The position numbers and the translations under genes were made by a program. Positions 10,701-22,200 of a stretch of DNA of 64,000 bases are shown piece by piece. The stretch's first letter is position 1. Each line of letters opens with the position of its first letter. A model generated the notes under the pieces. It searched no databases. It saw only the letters and a list, made by a program, of their open reading frames with translations, and was not told the DNA's origin. The DNA lies in IMG/VR virus record IMGVR_UViG_3300047510_002172, positions 4,915 through 68,914 of that record. One strand, given 5' to 3'. The stretch is from a virus.

Positions 10701-10847
10701 CCCGTTGTTTTGCAACCAGGTCAAAGTCTGGCTTAATGTCATCTTATACGTCTTCGGATCAGTAGAAGTTTTAGCAACTGGTATACTTGTATTGCCGGTT
10801 ATTGTACCTGCTGGAATCGGCGGAAGTTGTGGGATCTTGATAGGCAT
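7716..10847 (-). CDS. Tail fibre / host-attachment protein
   Basis: 1043 aa, Gly/Ser/Thr-rich. Short GFS/G-X-Y linkers, duplicated modules ('LTNPAIVLASEQNG' / 'LTNQNHTIGADSTG'), repeated 'GFWLG/GIWLG' beta segments and a C-terminal 'GNNGDIYLVY'. A perfect TATAAATA lies upstream. Confidence 0.65.
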   Translation of the reverse strand: MPIKIPQLPPIPAGTITGNTSIPVAKTSTDPKTYKMTLSQTLTWLQNNGLSGGGGFSGFSGFSGFSGVSGTGTVGPSGATGGDGRTSYGLQLVASSYVFQASSNAAAGTTSLTATPYNPTSILLYAVPQNLTGTATFAGKLYDINNTFIGTPSFSGTGNTRALTNTQFGSAYSCVVTASIVSGTDVYYDITTITRLQDATDALQGYLTNPAIVLASEQNGTLGPGEQAKATGLFQVFYGLNEVTSGVTYSVVGEGATSLITPVSAGGINTVNFSIGSSTGIYTLDSINDNVIGASAIFRAQVFGKSIDRAVTLSKSRQGVTGPAGSAQAVFLNADTQVFTFDNTGTPTPSSQVATFNAVLSIISGFVQWSGVQYYTDGTSNAAAGSLLTNTTSSNVVTLTVTNFASALTLGKEVQSFVVSASHIASGLSDAVRVVKVTSGGQGFTSFLTNQNHTIGADSTGVVTTPLSAGNGYFRIYQGSNLVDNQYVVYGIKSTTSGMGVSILTYPTANASYYVLTAFDASLDTGSTVLTATYSPIGGSPVSFEQVFSVTKSKAGPVGDTGPGIVYRGVYDAGTSYFRTSTRADAVVYPASGGSYYLAASSALGSVLGIPGVGSGWAPFGAQFSSIATGLLLAEDATILKTLVMGYQASAITDRGVIRSYGTSDWIPTASPQDGFWLGMDSDNYAKFRVGSTSNNLVWDGVRLSLSYGNSGIVLYSGSSATDMYLGMNTTSYEGNGIWLGRAGDSTTGVYKMSLVSPNGRSMKWTGSELILNGATSNLATSGTIYLNKTGPNNDNVAGFWLGVSANNAYFTVGSNDSWLKYNDATNTVQIKGVQTTDGIIVTSGLGMRYTNNGGAFTITSGSANGVQNGAQIDLVGNDYPTAAAGGQLVLQAGVGVGSTIALHTNNSYTNGGAVVGVQRMVVENDGLVTITRAPYLSTTASSGYNPQAGSLWARGNLSVGYGVAPDLAGSGAVNPSTGTGNIYAQTSVQSPIISATNTLGTVVDGISYTIGTNGWSNRTVTDTPGIPDSGTGNNGDIYLVYS

Positions 10848-10860
10848 TTTAGTATACTAT

Positions 10861-10868
10861 TATTTATA
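10861..10868 (-). promoter_or_regulatory. T4-type late promoter TATAAATA
   Basis: Exact T4 gp55 consensus, 13 nt upstream of ATG 10847. Confidence 0.65.
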
Positions 10869-11393
10869 CTATATTACAGTTGTTACGGTAGGTATTTGGT
10901 TACCTCCATTAAAACTTAATAGCAAATAATTAGGATTTTTTGTTTCTAAAACAAATATCTGCGAATTACCCGGACCCCATACTCGAGTTTTTAACAAATT
11001 AATATCTTCAAACACATAAGGAGCAGATGAACCTGTTGGGTTTTGGGTAAGATATTGCAAAATTATATTTGCAGAAAGAGTATATACTACTGGAGTGAAA
11101 CTCGTACCGGATATCGCAGTGATACTAACAGTTTGTATTGTTGTATTGTCATCAGCAATGTCTAGACCGGAAAACGTATAAGTTAAAGGTGCTCTTACAT
11201 CAACATCCTTATATGTAGTTAAAGCTTCTGCACTGGTAGCAAATGTATAAACACGTGTTACAGTTTTATCAGGAAATCCGTATATAAGTTTACTAACAAA
11301 GCCTAGAGCGGATGGATTAAATGTAATGGTAAGAGGAGAAGTACCTGAACAAGAAGAAGTAAGAGCTGCAAAATTGTAAGTTAATGATGACAT
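10869..11393 (-). CDS. Hypothetical structural protein (possibly PKD/Ig-like)
   Basis: 174-aa beta-rich ORF ('SGTSPLTITFNPS') in the structural block. Confidence 0.6.
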   Translation of the reverse strand: MSSLTYNFAALTSSCSGTSPLTITFNPSALGFVSKLIYGFPDKTVTRVYTFATSAEALTTYKDVDVRAPLTYTFSGLDIADDNTTIQTVSITAISGTSFTPVVYTLSANIILQYLTQNPTGSSAPYVFEDINLLKTRVWGPGNSQIFVLETKNPNYLLLSFNGGNQIPTVTTVI

Positions 11394-11394
11394 A

Positions 11395-12954
11395 TTATAC
11401 GACCAAAATGGTATTATTAGTTTCAGTTACTACTGGGTTATTTGTTTCTGTTGCAATTACATTACCAAATGTAGTTGTACCTGTACTGTAGTTAATTATT
11501 TTGTAGCTTTGGCCGCTAAAAGCAATAAACGTAATAAAATATGAATTTGTACTTTTATTATAAGTTAGTACAGGGGGCTTGATATAAGTTAAGTATAATT
11601 TATCAATGTCTTCTCCGGAAGCCCCCTGGTAGTAAATATACTCATTAAAGTTAGTATTATTAGTAGGCCATATTCTAACTCGTTCAGCAGGGTTATTAAG
11701 ATTATACTCGTAAAGTACGGGTACTACTATACCTGAAGCAGACGGAGCGGTAGATACTATACTTGCTGAAAGTAACAAACAAGCTACGAATGTTTTTTCA
11801 GGTTCATTATACCATATACCCCCGTAGTATTGTATAGCGTCGCCGCTTAAAGTAACTCCTGTTAGAGAAGTACTTGAAAGAACTCGAGTAGGTAGAGTCG
11901 TTGCTAAATTTAAATTGAGATAATCTGTACCGGTATTTGTTATAGATACATCATTATAATCAAAAGTAATTTTCTCAAATAATGTATACCCACTAAGCCG
12001 AATAACTAAAGTATCAAAATATACTTCAAAGTTTTTAATACTATTACCGGTTAATTGATTATAAATTGTTGCTTGATTGTTATACTTGTTGTAAACGGCT
12101 GAAAGAGCATCTGTAGCTTTATATACATACCCGTCAATAGTCTTGACCCATAACTGTCCATAAGACTCTTGCATAGCATATATGCTTCGAGCGCTTAAAG
12201 CTGGTTTATAGAGAGCATACTGATTACCAAAAACATCAGCATGCCAAGAATATAATTCTTTGTCTGGTGTTATAACAGTATATTCAGTTCTTAAATCTAA
12301 ATCAAAATATTTTAACCAGTCTAGTTCAGTAAACTTATTATCCTGTACCCATATATTTTTTTGAGACCCGGTCCAGTATTCAAAATCATCTTTTATAGTG
12401 ACTACGCCGTATGTATTATTTTTCTGCGTTTCAATATTAGACTGATAAGGTATAAACTTCTGATACAAATCTGAATTTCTTACTTGACCATCAAAAGCGG
12501 TATCTGTAGAAGACCCTTTCATCCAGTCAGTATTTTCAATATGCTTTATTATATCGTCTTGGTCTTTTTCTGTTAAGCCTCTTCCTTTATTGAATACATT
12601 AGGATCAATGTATTTGTAAATTACATTAGGTATAATCTTAGTAGCATCAATAAGAGAAGTTATATTTTTTGTTTGATAAGTAGAAATACCTATATTATTA
12701 GGCGTGAAATAACCTCCTAAATCTTGCCGGGTAACTAAATTGCTGCTAATTTGTGGTAGAGTAGCTACAGTAGGATAATAACGATTAGCTAAATTAGTAT
12801 ATGGAGCCAAAGGAGCAACTGTCGCTCCAATATAACCGTCATTAGTACCTGATAAAACAAATTCTCTATTACCTAGATATTTTTGAGTTAACGTAACTAA
12901 TTGTAAGTTAGTCTCATCAGCAGTAGTAAAAGCATCTGTTTGTACGGTAGCCAT
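11395..12954 (-). CDS. Hypothetical virion structural protein
   Basis: 519-aa ORF coupled to the upstream gene by a TAATG overlap. It ends in a doubled 'TETNN' motif. Confidence 0.65.
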   Translation of the reverse strand: MATVQTDAFTTADETNLQLVTLTQKYLGNREFVLSGTNDGYIGATVAPLAPYTNLANRYYPTVATLPQISSNLVTRQDLGGYFTPNNIGISTYQTKNITSLIDATKIIPNVIYKYIDPNVFNKGRGLTEKDQDDIIKHIENTDWMKGSSTDTAFDGQVRNSDLYQKFIPYQSNIETQKNNTYGVVTIKDDFEYWTGSQKNIWVQDNKFTELDWLKYFDLDLRTEYTVITPDKELYSWHADVFGNQYALYKPALSARSIYAMQESYGQLWVKTIDGYVYKATDALSAVYNKYNNQATIYNQLTGNSIKNFEVYFDTLVIRLSGYTLFEKITFDYNDVSITNTGTDYLNLNLATTLPTRVLSSTSLTGVTLSGDAIQYYGGIWYNEPEKTFVACLLLSASIVSTAPSASGIVVPVLYEYNLNNPAERVRIWPTNNTNFNEYIYYQGASGEDIDKLYLTYIKPPVLTYNKSTNSYFITFIAFSGQSYKIINYSTGTTTFGNVIATETNNPVVTETNNTILVV

Positions 12955-13982
12955 TAGTTTAATTCTTCAATTACTAAAATTTCGGTGTTTATGGGCGGTA
13001 CTCCATGAAAGACTATGTTTTGATTTTGTACGCTAATTGTAAAAGCTGTGTTTGGAGTTTGTGTGACACCGTCAATACTGACTCTATATTTAGAAATGTC
13101 TTGAGTAGTTATACCGTTTAAAGGAAATGTGGTTGAAGTGCCGTCTGCAGTAAACACATAAATGTTACTTGGAGTAGAAGTTGGTGTTACTGCTGTACCA
13201 ACAAACCCTGACACTCCATAACACGGGTTAAGGTCGTTTGCTTGTGCTAATGCATCTATAATTAATCCAAGTAAATACTCTGCTGGTATTTCATATAGAG
13301 AAGTCTCGTATAAAGATGCGCTTACCCCGGAAGTAAAAGTTGTATAAGTTGATATATCTACGCTAGGGTCTCTATCAAAATAATTCTTAGTATCAAATAA
13401 TTCTTCTATTTCTATACTAAATGAACCGGATATATCGTTTAAGTTTGGAAGGTAAGGTATTAAATCCCCGTTACTAACTATTAAGCCTGAATTATTTGAA
13501 TCCGCTCTTTGCGTGAATACACTGAGAATATAGTTATAAAATAAACGTTCTAAGTAGCCACTAGTACCTTGTAAATTGTATTTTAACTTGGAATAAACAA
13601 TTTGCTTTCTACGTTCTGCTAGATATCTAGATACGTCCTTAAGTTTACGAGCAAAGTAAGTTATAGCAGACTGTAAATCATAATCGTTATTGTAATCTAC
13701 TATACTAAAAAATTGTTGTTCTTCTTCTGTACGAGTAGTTAACCCTAACTGTTTAAGAAAGTTAATATACAGTTTTTTAACATATGCAGTATTTGCACTA
13801 GTTTTAGCAGCATTAGTTTTGTACCATCTTTTTAAATATGCATTATACTGTTCTACCTGAGCATTAGGATCTATATTTGTGTATCTATTTTTCCATTCCT
13901 GGAAAGAGTACGGATTGCCAGTATCCGTTTCTCTTGTAGAAGTGGTAGGCCGGGAAAGGTCGTTTATATTAAAAACTGGCAT
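12954..13982 (-). CDS. Virion structural protein, possibly baseplate-associated
   Basis: C-terminal 'FTADGTSTTFPL...VSIDGVTQTP...AFTI...IVFHGVP' module typical of T4-like baseplate/fibre proteins. TAAATA lies 6 nt upstream. Confidence 0.6.
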   Translation of the reverse strand: MPVFNINDLSRPTTSTRETDTGNPYSFQEWKNRYTNIDPNAQVEQYNAYLKRWYKTNAAKTSANTAYVKKLYINFLKQLGLTTRTEEEQQFFSIVDYNNDYDLQSAITYFARKLKDVSRYLAERRKQIVYSKLKYNLQGTSGYLERLFYNYILSVFTQRADSNNSGLIVSNGDLIPYLPNLNDISGSFSIEIEELFDTKNYFDRDPSVDISTYTTFTSGVSASLYETSLYEIPAEYLLGLIIDALAQANDLNPCYGVSGFVGTAVTPTSTPSNIYVFTADGTSTTFPLNGITTQDISKYRVSIDGVTQTPNTAFTISVQNQNIVFHGVPPINTEILVIEELN

Positions 13983-14010
13983 CTTTAATATTTATGCCGA
14001 GGTTTTAACA

Positions 14011-14247
14011 TTACCATTTACCTTTTGGGCATTTAGCAGCTGCTATTTTAGTCTTAAATATTAAATAACAACCACATAGATTACACCGCATATCTTGTTT
14101 TAATAAGTGCTCACATTTATTACATATTTCCCGTCTTTCAGTAATAACTTTATCTTCAGCTAAAGTCTTACCAGTCGCAACTGCGTTAGCCGCAACATTA
14201 GCTACTTCTTTACCTAAATTAAGAGCCATTTTAATTAAATTAGGCAT
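14011..14247 (-). CDS. Small Cys-rich protein (DUF6171-like)
   Basis: 'RREICNKC...CNLCGC...KCPKGKW' pattern. Confidence 0.65.
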   Translation of the reverse strand: MPNLIKMALNLGKEVANVAANAVATGKTLAEDKVITERREICNKCEHLLKQDMRCNLCGCYLIFKTKIAAAKCPKGKW

Positions 14248-14249
14248 AG

Positions 14250-15461
14250 TTAAATAACTTTACTAGCAAAAGGGTATGAGCGTCTACCCAATAATATAAA
14301 AATACCACTACCACCATTACCCCCAGATAAACCGGCTGTGTATACTGGTGTATTCGGTACAGCCATACTTATAAAGCCGGCGGCTGCACCACCACCACCG
14401 CCGCCACTATTTATAGGCCCGTTTTGACCACTTTCAGGTGAACAGGAGCATGTAGAAGCAGTATAGGTCGATCCACCACCTGACCCACCAGCATAATAAG
14501 TAGTGCCTGCATCCCAAGCAGAGCCACCATAACCACCTAAGGTGTACCAGTTATATGGTGGAAATTCGTATGTATCAGGGGGCTCAACATCGTTTAAATA
14601 ACCAAGAAGACTTCCGGCTCCGCCACCACCAGCTAAATAATACGTTAAAATCTCTCCATCTTTTGCTCGTGGAAATTTTACTATTCCGGCTCTACCCCCT
14701 GTACCTCCTTGAACCGCTGCTAAGTCCCCTGTGGCAGCTACTGAATATGCTGTACCGCCAGGAGAATTTTTAGCTATGCCGCCGCCGCCGCCAGCCCAGG
14801 GATTTTGAAGTCCTCTTTCCCCACTACTCCCTAGTCCTCCTGCATAAGAAGTAAAGCGAAAAGCAGTCGTATGTCCTGTGTAGGAAGTTGAACTCACTAG
14901 TACACTTGCAGTAGAATTTAAAAAGCCGTAACCGAAAGTCCCAAGACCGAAAGATTCCATTTGAAACGTATAACTGTTGGTGTATAGCCACCCATTTACT
15001 CCTCCACCGCTACCATCGGATGCTGAAGTTTCAATACCTGCTGCTGTCGGTGCTGCTGCATTGCCACCGCCAACACTATAAAGAAATTGACCATTAATAA
15101 AGATAGAAGAGGAGCCGCCTTCCTTTGCGTACCGAGCAGCAGAAACAGCGCCAGGACTATAGGCTCCGATTCCGCCAGCGCCTATAGTTATAGTTAATAC
15201 GTCTCCTGCTCTAGCCGGCAAGTTTAATACAGCTACAGCACCTGCACCGCCGCCCCCGCCAGCGTACGAAGTGCTAAACAACCCGGCGCCTCCGGCGCTA
15301 CCTCCGCCGCCACCAGAAACTAGTATACCTGTAAGAGAGTAATACCAGCCTGGAACAACAATAGTACTAGAACTTGTTACGACGTCTAATATTTCAATTT
15401 TATTACTAAAAGGTATAACTGAATTAGATAGAGTTTTATTAGATAATAAATTGGAAGACAT
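14250..15461 (-). CDS. Glycine-rich domain protein (fibre-tip/adhesin-like)
   Basis: 'LVSGGGGG...GGGGGAG...ITIGAGG...NSGGGGG...GGNGGSGIFIL' is the typical phage glycine-rich domain layout. Confidence 0.7.
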   Translation of the reverse strand: MSSNLLSNKTLSNSVIPFSNKIEILDVVTSSSTIVVPGWYYSLTGILVSGGGGGSAGGAGLFSTSYAGGGGGAGAVAVLNLPARAGDVLTITIGAGGIGAYSPGAVSAARYAKEGGSSSIFINGQFLYSVGGGNAAAPTAAGIETSASDGSGGGVNGWLYTNSYTFQMESFGLGTFGYGFLNSTASVLVSSTSYTGHTTAFRFTSYAGGLGSSGERGLQNPWAGGGGGIAKNSPGGTAYSVAATGDLAAVQGGTGGRAGIVKFPRAKDGEILTYYLAGGGGAGSLLGYLNDVEPPDTYEFPPYNWYTLGGYGGSAWDAGTTYYAGGSGGGSTYTASTCSCSPESGQNGPINSGGGGGGAAAGFISMAVPNTPVYTAGLSGGNGGSGIFILLGRRSYPFASKVI

Positions 15462-15475
15462 TTGTATTAATATAA

Positions 15476-15859
15476 TTAAGGGCTAGCGCTAAGCCAGGAA
15501 AGTGTAGGTTCATTCCATATGTAGAACTTACCATCAGTAGGATAAGGCACGGGAGAGTTCCAACCCCATTTTTTATAACTTCCATCATGTACTAAAATCC
15601 ATGAAGGGAAAGGTTGAGCTATATAAAACGCATCGGTAACCGTATCATACCAGTACCCTATACCGGCATATTCATTTCTTATACTATTATTATATGAAGT
15701 CTGTATCCAAAAAGCAGGATCTCCAACTGCACCAGAATCAATAAAATCTTGTTCAGCTCTAATAACATTAACCACAACACCACGATACCCAGATAGCGTA
15801 GTACCGCTTACGTCTATTGTAAACGCAGATAAATTTGCTATATTTGCGTAATGACCCAT
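15476..15859 (-). CDS. Conserved phage protein, probable fibre-assembly partner of the glycine-rich protein
   Basis: 'MGHYA...WIQTSYN...YAGIGYWYD...DAF...PFPSW...W.SPVPYP...Y.WNE' motif string. Confidence 0.6.
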   Translation of the reverse strand: MGHYANIANLSAFTIDVSGTTLSGYRGVVVNVIRAEQDFIDSGAVGDPAFWIQTSYNNSIRNEYAGIGYWYDTVTDAFYIAQPFPSWILVHDGSYKKWGWNSPVPYPTDGKFYIWNEPTLSWLSASP

Positions 15860-15860
15860 T

Positions 15861-16190
15861 TTATGTTACTTGTGCGCCAAATGCATTAAATACCAGATTA
15901 GCTGTACTTGCAGAAACTGAAATAACATCAGTTGCAGAAACTGTCATACCTATAGTAATAATTGTTGTATCATTACCTGGTACTGTTGTAGAATAGGCTA
16001 TATAATGTTTATTTGCTATAGTTTCTCCGGTAGGGCGTACTGCTATACCATAAGTTGCATTTGCAGATGCTAAATTACATACTGTTAAAGTTGAAATAAC
16101 TGCAGTAGTTGCAGCCGGTACAGTATACAAAGTTGTAAGTGTGTTAGCTGTAGGATTACTTTGACCTAAGACTTTATATGATGAAGGCAT
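15861..16190 (-). CDS. Small virion structural beta-sandwich protein
   Basis: 'YKVLGQSNP...TTLYTVPA...ISTLTVCN...VPGNDT...FNAFG'. Similar in layout to 23010..23363. Confidence 0.65.
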   Translation of the reverse strand: MPSSYKVLGQSNPTANTLTTLYTVPAATTAVISTLTVCNLASANATYGIAVRPTGETIANKHYIAYSTTVPGNDTTIITIGMTVSATDVISVSASTANLVFNAFGAQVT

Positions 16191-16206
16191 TGTTATAAAT
16201 TATTTA

Positions 16207-19200
16207 TTAACCACCCATTAAAAGAAAAATAGGATCGAAAGGAACTGTTGTGCCGTCAAATGTACCAGTAGCACCAGAATAACCACTATATCCTGAATAA
16301 CCACTTCTACCTGAATAACCACTATAACCAGAATATCCCGATATACCAGTAGTGCCAGTAGTACCGCTATAGCCAGAGTAGCCACTGTAACCGCTTATGC
16401 CGCCCGTACCACTATAACCGGAGTATCCTGAATAACCACTTCTACCTGAATAACCACTATAACCAGAATACCCAGATATACCACCGGTACCACTATAACC
16501 GCTATAACCGCTGAATCCACTTATTCCAGAGTAACCAGAGTAGCCGCTATATCCGCTTATACCGCCTGTACCACTATAACCGCTATAACCGGAGAAGCCG
16601 CTTATACCAGAATAGCCGCTATAACCAGAGTAGCCTGAAATACCGCCTGTACCTGAGTATCCAGAGTAACCAGAATAACCACTTCTACCGGAATAGCCAC
16701 TATAACCAGAGTAGCCTGAAATACCACCAGTACCAGAATAGCCAGAGTAACCACTAAAGCCTGATATGCCAGAGTAGCCACTATAACCAGAGTAACCTGA
16801 AATACCACCGGTGCCTGAGTAGCCACTATAACCAGAATAACCGCTTCTACCGGAGTAGCCACTGTAACCAGAGTAACCTGAGACGCCACCGGTACCGCTG
16901 TACCCACTGTAACCAGAGAAACCGCTTATTCCTGAATAGCCGGAATATCCACTATAGCCTGATGTACCACCAGTGCCTGAATAACCTGAGTAACCACTGA
17001 AACCAGATACACCTGAGTAACCAGAATACCCTGAATAGCCTGATGTACCGCCTGTACCAGAGTAGCCTGAGTAACCACTAAACCCGCTTATACCACTATA
17101 ACCAGAGTACCCACTATACCCACTAATACCACCTGTACCACTATATCCAGAGTAGCCGCTTCTACCTGAATAACCAGAATAACCGGAGTAGCCACTTATA
17201 CCTCCTGTACCAGAGTAGCCGGAGTAACCGCTAAACCCGCTTATACCGGAGTAGCCACTATAGCCTGAATACCCAGAAGTGCCGCCTGTTCCGGAGTAAC
17301 CGCTGTAACCTGAAAAACCACTAACACCGCTATAGCCTGAATACCCTGAGTAACCAGAGACACCTCCAGTACCACTATAGCCTGAATACCCGCTATAGCC
17401 TGACGTACCTATACCAGAGTAGCCACTATAGCCTGAGTACCCACTTCTACCTGAGTAACCAGAATACCCACTAAAACCACTTATGCCACTATAGCCCGAA
17501 TATCCTGATGTACCTACACCGCTATAGCCAGAATACCCGCTGAACCCACTCACTCCGCTATAGCCACTGTAACCAGAATACCCACTGATACCGCCTACAC
17601 CGCTATAGCCTGAATACCCGCTGAAGCCACTTGTACCTGAGTAACCGCTGTACCCTGAATAACCGCTTAAACCTCCAGTACCACTATAGCCTGAGTAACC
17701 AGAGTAGCCGCTAAACCCACTTATACCAGAATAACCTGAGTATCCGCTATACCCTGATGTACCTGTTCCGGAATAACCTGAGTATCCGCTATAGCCTGAA
17801 AACCCGCTAATTCCGCTGTAGCCACTGTAGCCGCTGTAGCCCGAAAAGCCTGAAGTGCCTTGACCGCTATAACCGGAGTAGCCTGAGAACCCGCTTACAC
17901 CTGAATAACCAGAGTACCCTGAATAGCCAGATACACCACCGGTCCCACTGTATCCACTATAACCGGAATAACCTGAAGTACCTATTCCAGAGTAACCACT
18001 GTAACCCGAGTAACCGCTTCTACCTGAATAACCAGAATAACCGCTATAGCCCGAAAAGCCTGAAGCGCCTTGACCACTGTAGCCGGAATAACCAGAGAAC
18101 CCGCTTACACCACTATAGCCTGAATAACCGCTATACCCTGATGAGCCTCCTACACCAGAATAGCCACTGTAACCAGACGTGCCTGTACCGCTGTAACCAG
18201 AATAACCGGACGTACCTATACCGGAGTATCCGCTATAACCCGAATAGCCACTAAAGCCGCTTATACCGGAATAGCCTGAATACCCGCTGTAGCCTGAAGT
18301 ACCTATACCGCTATAACCACTATAACCAGAGAAACCACTAGTACCGCTATAACCACTATAACCTGAAAAGCCTGACAGTCCACTATAACCACTATAACCA
18401 GAGTATCCGGAAGTGCCTATTCCAGAGTAACCGCTATAACCCGAGTAGCCACTTCTACCGCTGTAACCGGAATAACCGCTATAACCAGAGTAACCCGATA
18501 TACCACCTGTACCTGAATAGCCTGAATAACCAGAATACCCACTAAAGCCGCTTACTCCACTATAACCGCTATAACCAGAGTACCCGCTTAAGCCGCCAGT
18601 ACCCGAGTAGCCACTATAGCCAGAATAACCACTGAAGCCACTTATACCGGAATAACCTGAGTAGCCACTGTACCCTGACGTACCGCCTGTGCCTGTTGCA
18701 CCGGAATAGCCTGAATACCCTGAGAAGCCGCTAATACCGCTATAACCTGAATACCCGCTGTAACCGCTAAAGCCACTTATGCCAGAATAACCACTATAGC
18801 CGGAATAACCACTAGTACCTACCCCAGAGTAGCCGCTATAACCTGAATAACCACTAAACCCACTTATACCGGAATAACCACTATAACCAGAGTAACCTGA
18901 TACACCGCCTGTACCTGAATAGCCTGAATAACCGGAGTAACCTGAAGTACCTCCTGTCCCAGAATAACCTGAATAACCACTAAAGCCACTTATACCGGAA
19001 TAACCTGAGTAGCCACTATAACCAGATGTGCCGATACCTGAATAACCGCTATAGCCTGACGTACCTACACCAGAGTAGCCACTATACCCTGAATACCCGC
19101 TTCTACCTGAGTAACCACTGTACCCGCTGTAACCTGATGAACCGTCAATTGCAGATGCACCGGAATAACCGCTATAGCCAGAGGTGCCTCCGCCGCCTGT

Positions 19201-22200
19201 TGCTCCAGAATAGCCTGAGTAGCCACTAAAACCGCTTATACCTGAATAACCGGAGTAACCAGAATAACCGCTGAAGCCACTTATACCTGAATAACCACTA
19301 TACCCTGAATACCCTGATGTACCAGTACCTGAGTAGCCACTATAGCCTGAGTAACCACTAAAGCCGCTTATACCGGAATAGCCTGAATACCCGCTATAAC
19401 CTGAGAACCCGCTTATTCCTGAATACCCGCTATAGCCTGATGTACCTCCTGTACCAGCTGCTCCGGAATAACCTGAGTAACCTGAAAAACCGCTTATTCC
19501 TGAATAGCCACTATAGCCAGAGTAACCACTAAAGCCGCTTATACCGGAATAGCCTGAATACCCGCTGTAGCCTGAAGTACCTATACCAGAATAACCGCTG
19601 TAGCCCGAGTAGCCTGAAGTACCTACGCCCGAGTAGCCGCTATAGCCAGAATAACCACTGAAGCCGCTTACGCCACTATAACCTGAATACCCGCTGTAGC
19701 CTGATGTACCGCCTGTACCGGCTGCCCCTGAATAACCACTATAACCAGAAGTACCTACCCCGGAATAGCCTGAGTACCCTGAATAACCACTAAACCCGCT
19801 TATACCGGAATACCCGCTATAGCCTGAATAACCGCTATAGCCGCTTCTACCAGAGTAGCCGCTATACCCAGAGTAGCCACTTGTACCTGAATAACCAGAA
19901 TAGCCTGAAAAACCAGATTGACCGTATGCTACAAGATATGCGCTAAAATGTGTACCGGCACTATCTGCAGTTCCTCCTTGCTGTATATCTACATTAGCTG
20001 AGTTACCACTGTAAACAGTAAAGTCAATATAGTCTGTAGTACCGTTTAAATAAATTACTCTACTACCACCCTGACTCTGGCCTACTGACGTGTTAATAAC
20101 ATCTTGATATATAGCAAATGTATTATTATTCTTTCTTACTTGTGTATTGTATTGATTATTGTTTACAGCCCCTGTAGCCCACCAAACGCTTATTTCAACA
20201 TTATAATACCCAGCAACTGTTGGAGTAAGTCTTTTTGTAGTAGCGTTCCACCAGTTTTTAGTGTCGTGATATGCAACAAATGGTATGAGTGTATCGGCTC
20301 CGTTGGCGATAGAATAGTTAGCACTTAAAGTACCTACAGTTAAATAATCACTCGGAGACAATACGTTTGATGCTCCGGAATACCCTGAATATCCACTAAA
20401 ACCAACAGCCCCGGAATAACCACTATAACCTGATGTGCCGGAATAGCCCGAGTAACCTGAAAAACCACTTATACCTGAGTAACCACTATAGCCTGAGTAA
20501 CCACTACCACCAATAGTACCTGAATAACCACTATAGCCAGAATAGCCTGATTCTCCTTTACCGGAATAACCTGAGTAGCCTGATGTGCCTACACCAGAGT
20601 AACCGCTGTAACCAGAATAACCACTAAACCCACTTATACCGGAATAACCACTATAGCCTGAGTACCCGCTATAACCAGAAGTACCTGTACCAGAGTAGCC
20701 GCTATAACCAGAAAAGCCACTTGTACCGCTGTAACCAGAGTATCCTGAATAACCAGATGTACCTACACCAGAATAGCCGCTGTAACCAGAATAACCACTT
20801 CTACCTGAATAGCCGCTATAACCTGAGTAACCGCTTACACCACCGACACCAGAGTAGCCGCTATAGCCAGAATAACCTGAAAAACCACTCGTACCGGAAT
20901 AGCCGCTATACCCAGAGTAACCGCTCGCCCCTCCTACACCGCTATAACCTGAGTACCCGCTATAGCCTGAAAAACCACTCGTACCGGAATACCCACTATA
21001 TCCTGAAAAACCACTTATACCGCTATACCCACTATAGCCAGAGTAGCCACTTGTACCTCCAGTGCCCGAGTAACCAGAATAACCACTGAAACCACTTATA
21101 CCGGAGTAGCCACTATAACCTGAATAACCAGAAGTACCTGTTCCAGAGTATCCAGAGTAACCACTAAAGCCTGATACCCCAGAGTATCCTGAGTAACCAC
21201 TGTAGCCGGAATAACCAGAAGAACCTGTTCCGCTATAACCTGAATAACCACTAAAGCCACTTGTACCTGAATAACCACTATAGCCAGAATAACCGCTACC
21301 ACCAGTAGTACCAGAATACCCACTATACCCTGAATAACCTGAGGTGCCTGTACCACTATAGCCTGAGTATCCACTAAACCCACTTATACCTGAGTACCCA
21401 CTATAGCCTGAATAACCAGAAGTACCTCCTACGCCAGAATAACCGGAGTAGCCACTTCTACCACTATACCCAGAATAACCAGAGAAACCACTTACTCCGC
21501 TATAGCCGGAATAGCCGGAGTAGCCGGACGTACCTGTACCGGAGTAGCCAGAATAGCCACTAAAACCGCTTACTCCGGAATAGCCACTATAACCAGAGTA
21601 GCCTGATATACCACCTGTACCTGAATAGCCTGAATACCCGCTAAAGCCTGATATGCCTGAGTACCCGGAATAACCAGAATAGCCGGAACTACCTTGTCCA
21701 CTATAACCAGAGTACCCGCTGAAGCCGCTTACCCCACTATACCCGCTATAACCAGAGTAACCTGACACGCCACCTGTACCTGAATAGCCTGAATACCCGG
21801 AGTAGCCGCTTCTACCTGAATAACCGGAGTAGCCTGAATAACCAGAACTACCTTGTCCGCTATAACCAGAGTAGCCTGAAAAACCACTTACTCCACTATA
21901 GCCTGAATAGCCCGAGTAACCTGATACACCACCTACACCAGAATAGCCGGAATAACCAGAAAAACCGCTTATACCAGAATAACCGCTATAACCTGAATAG
22001 CCAGAACTACCTTGACCACTATAGCCGGAATACCCACTAAAGCCGCTCGTACCGCTATAACCTGAATAACCTGAGTAGCCAGATACACCACCGAACCCAG
22101 AATAACCAGAGTAACCAGAGAACCCGCTTATACCAGAATAGCCACTATACCCGCTATAACCAGAACTACCTTGACCACTATAGCCGGAATACCCACTTCT

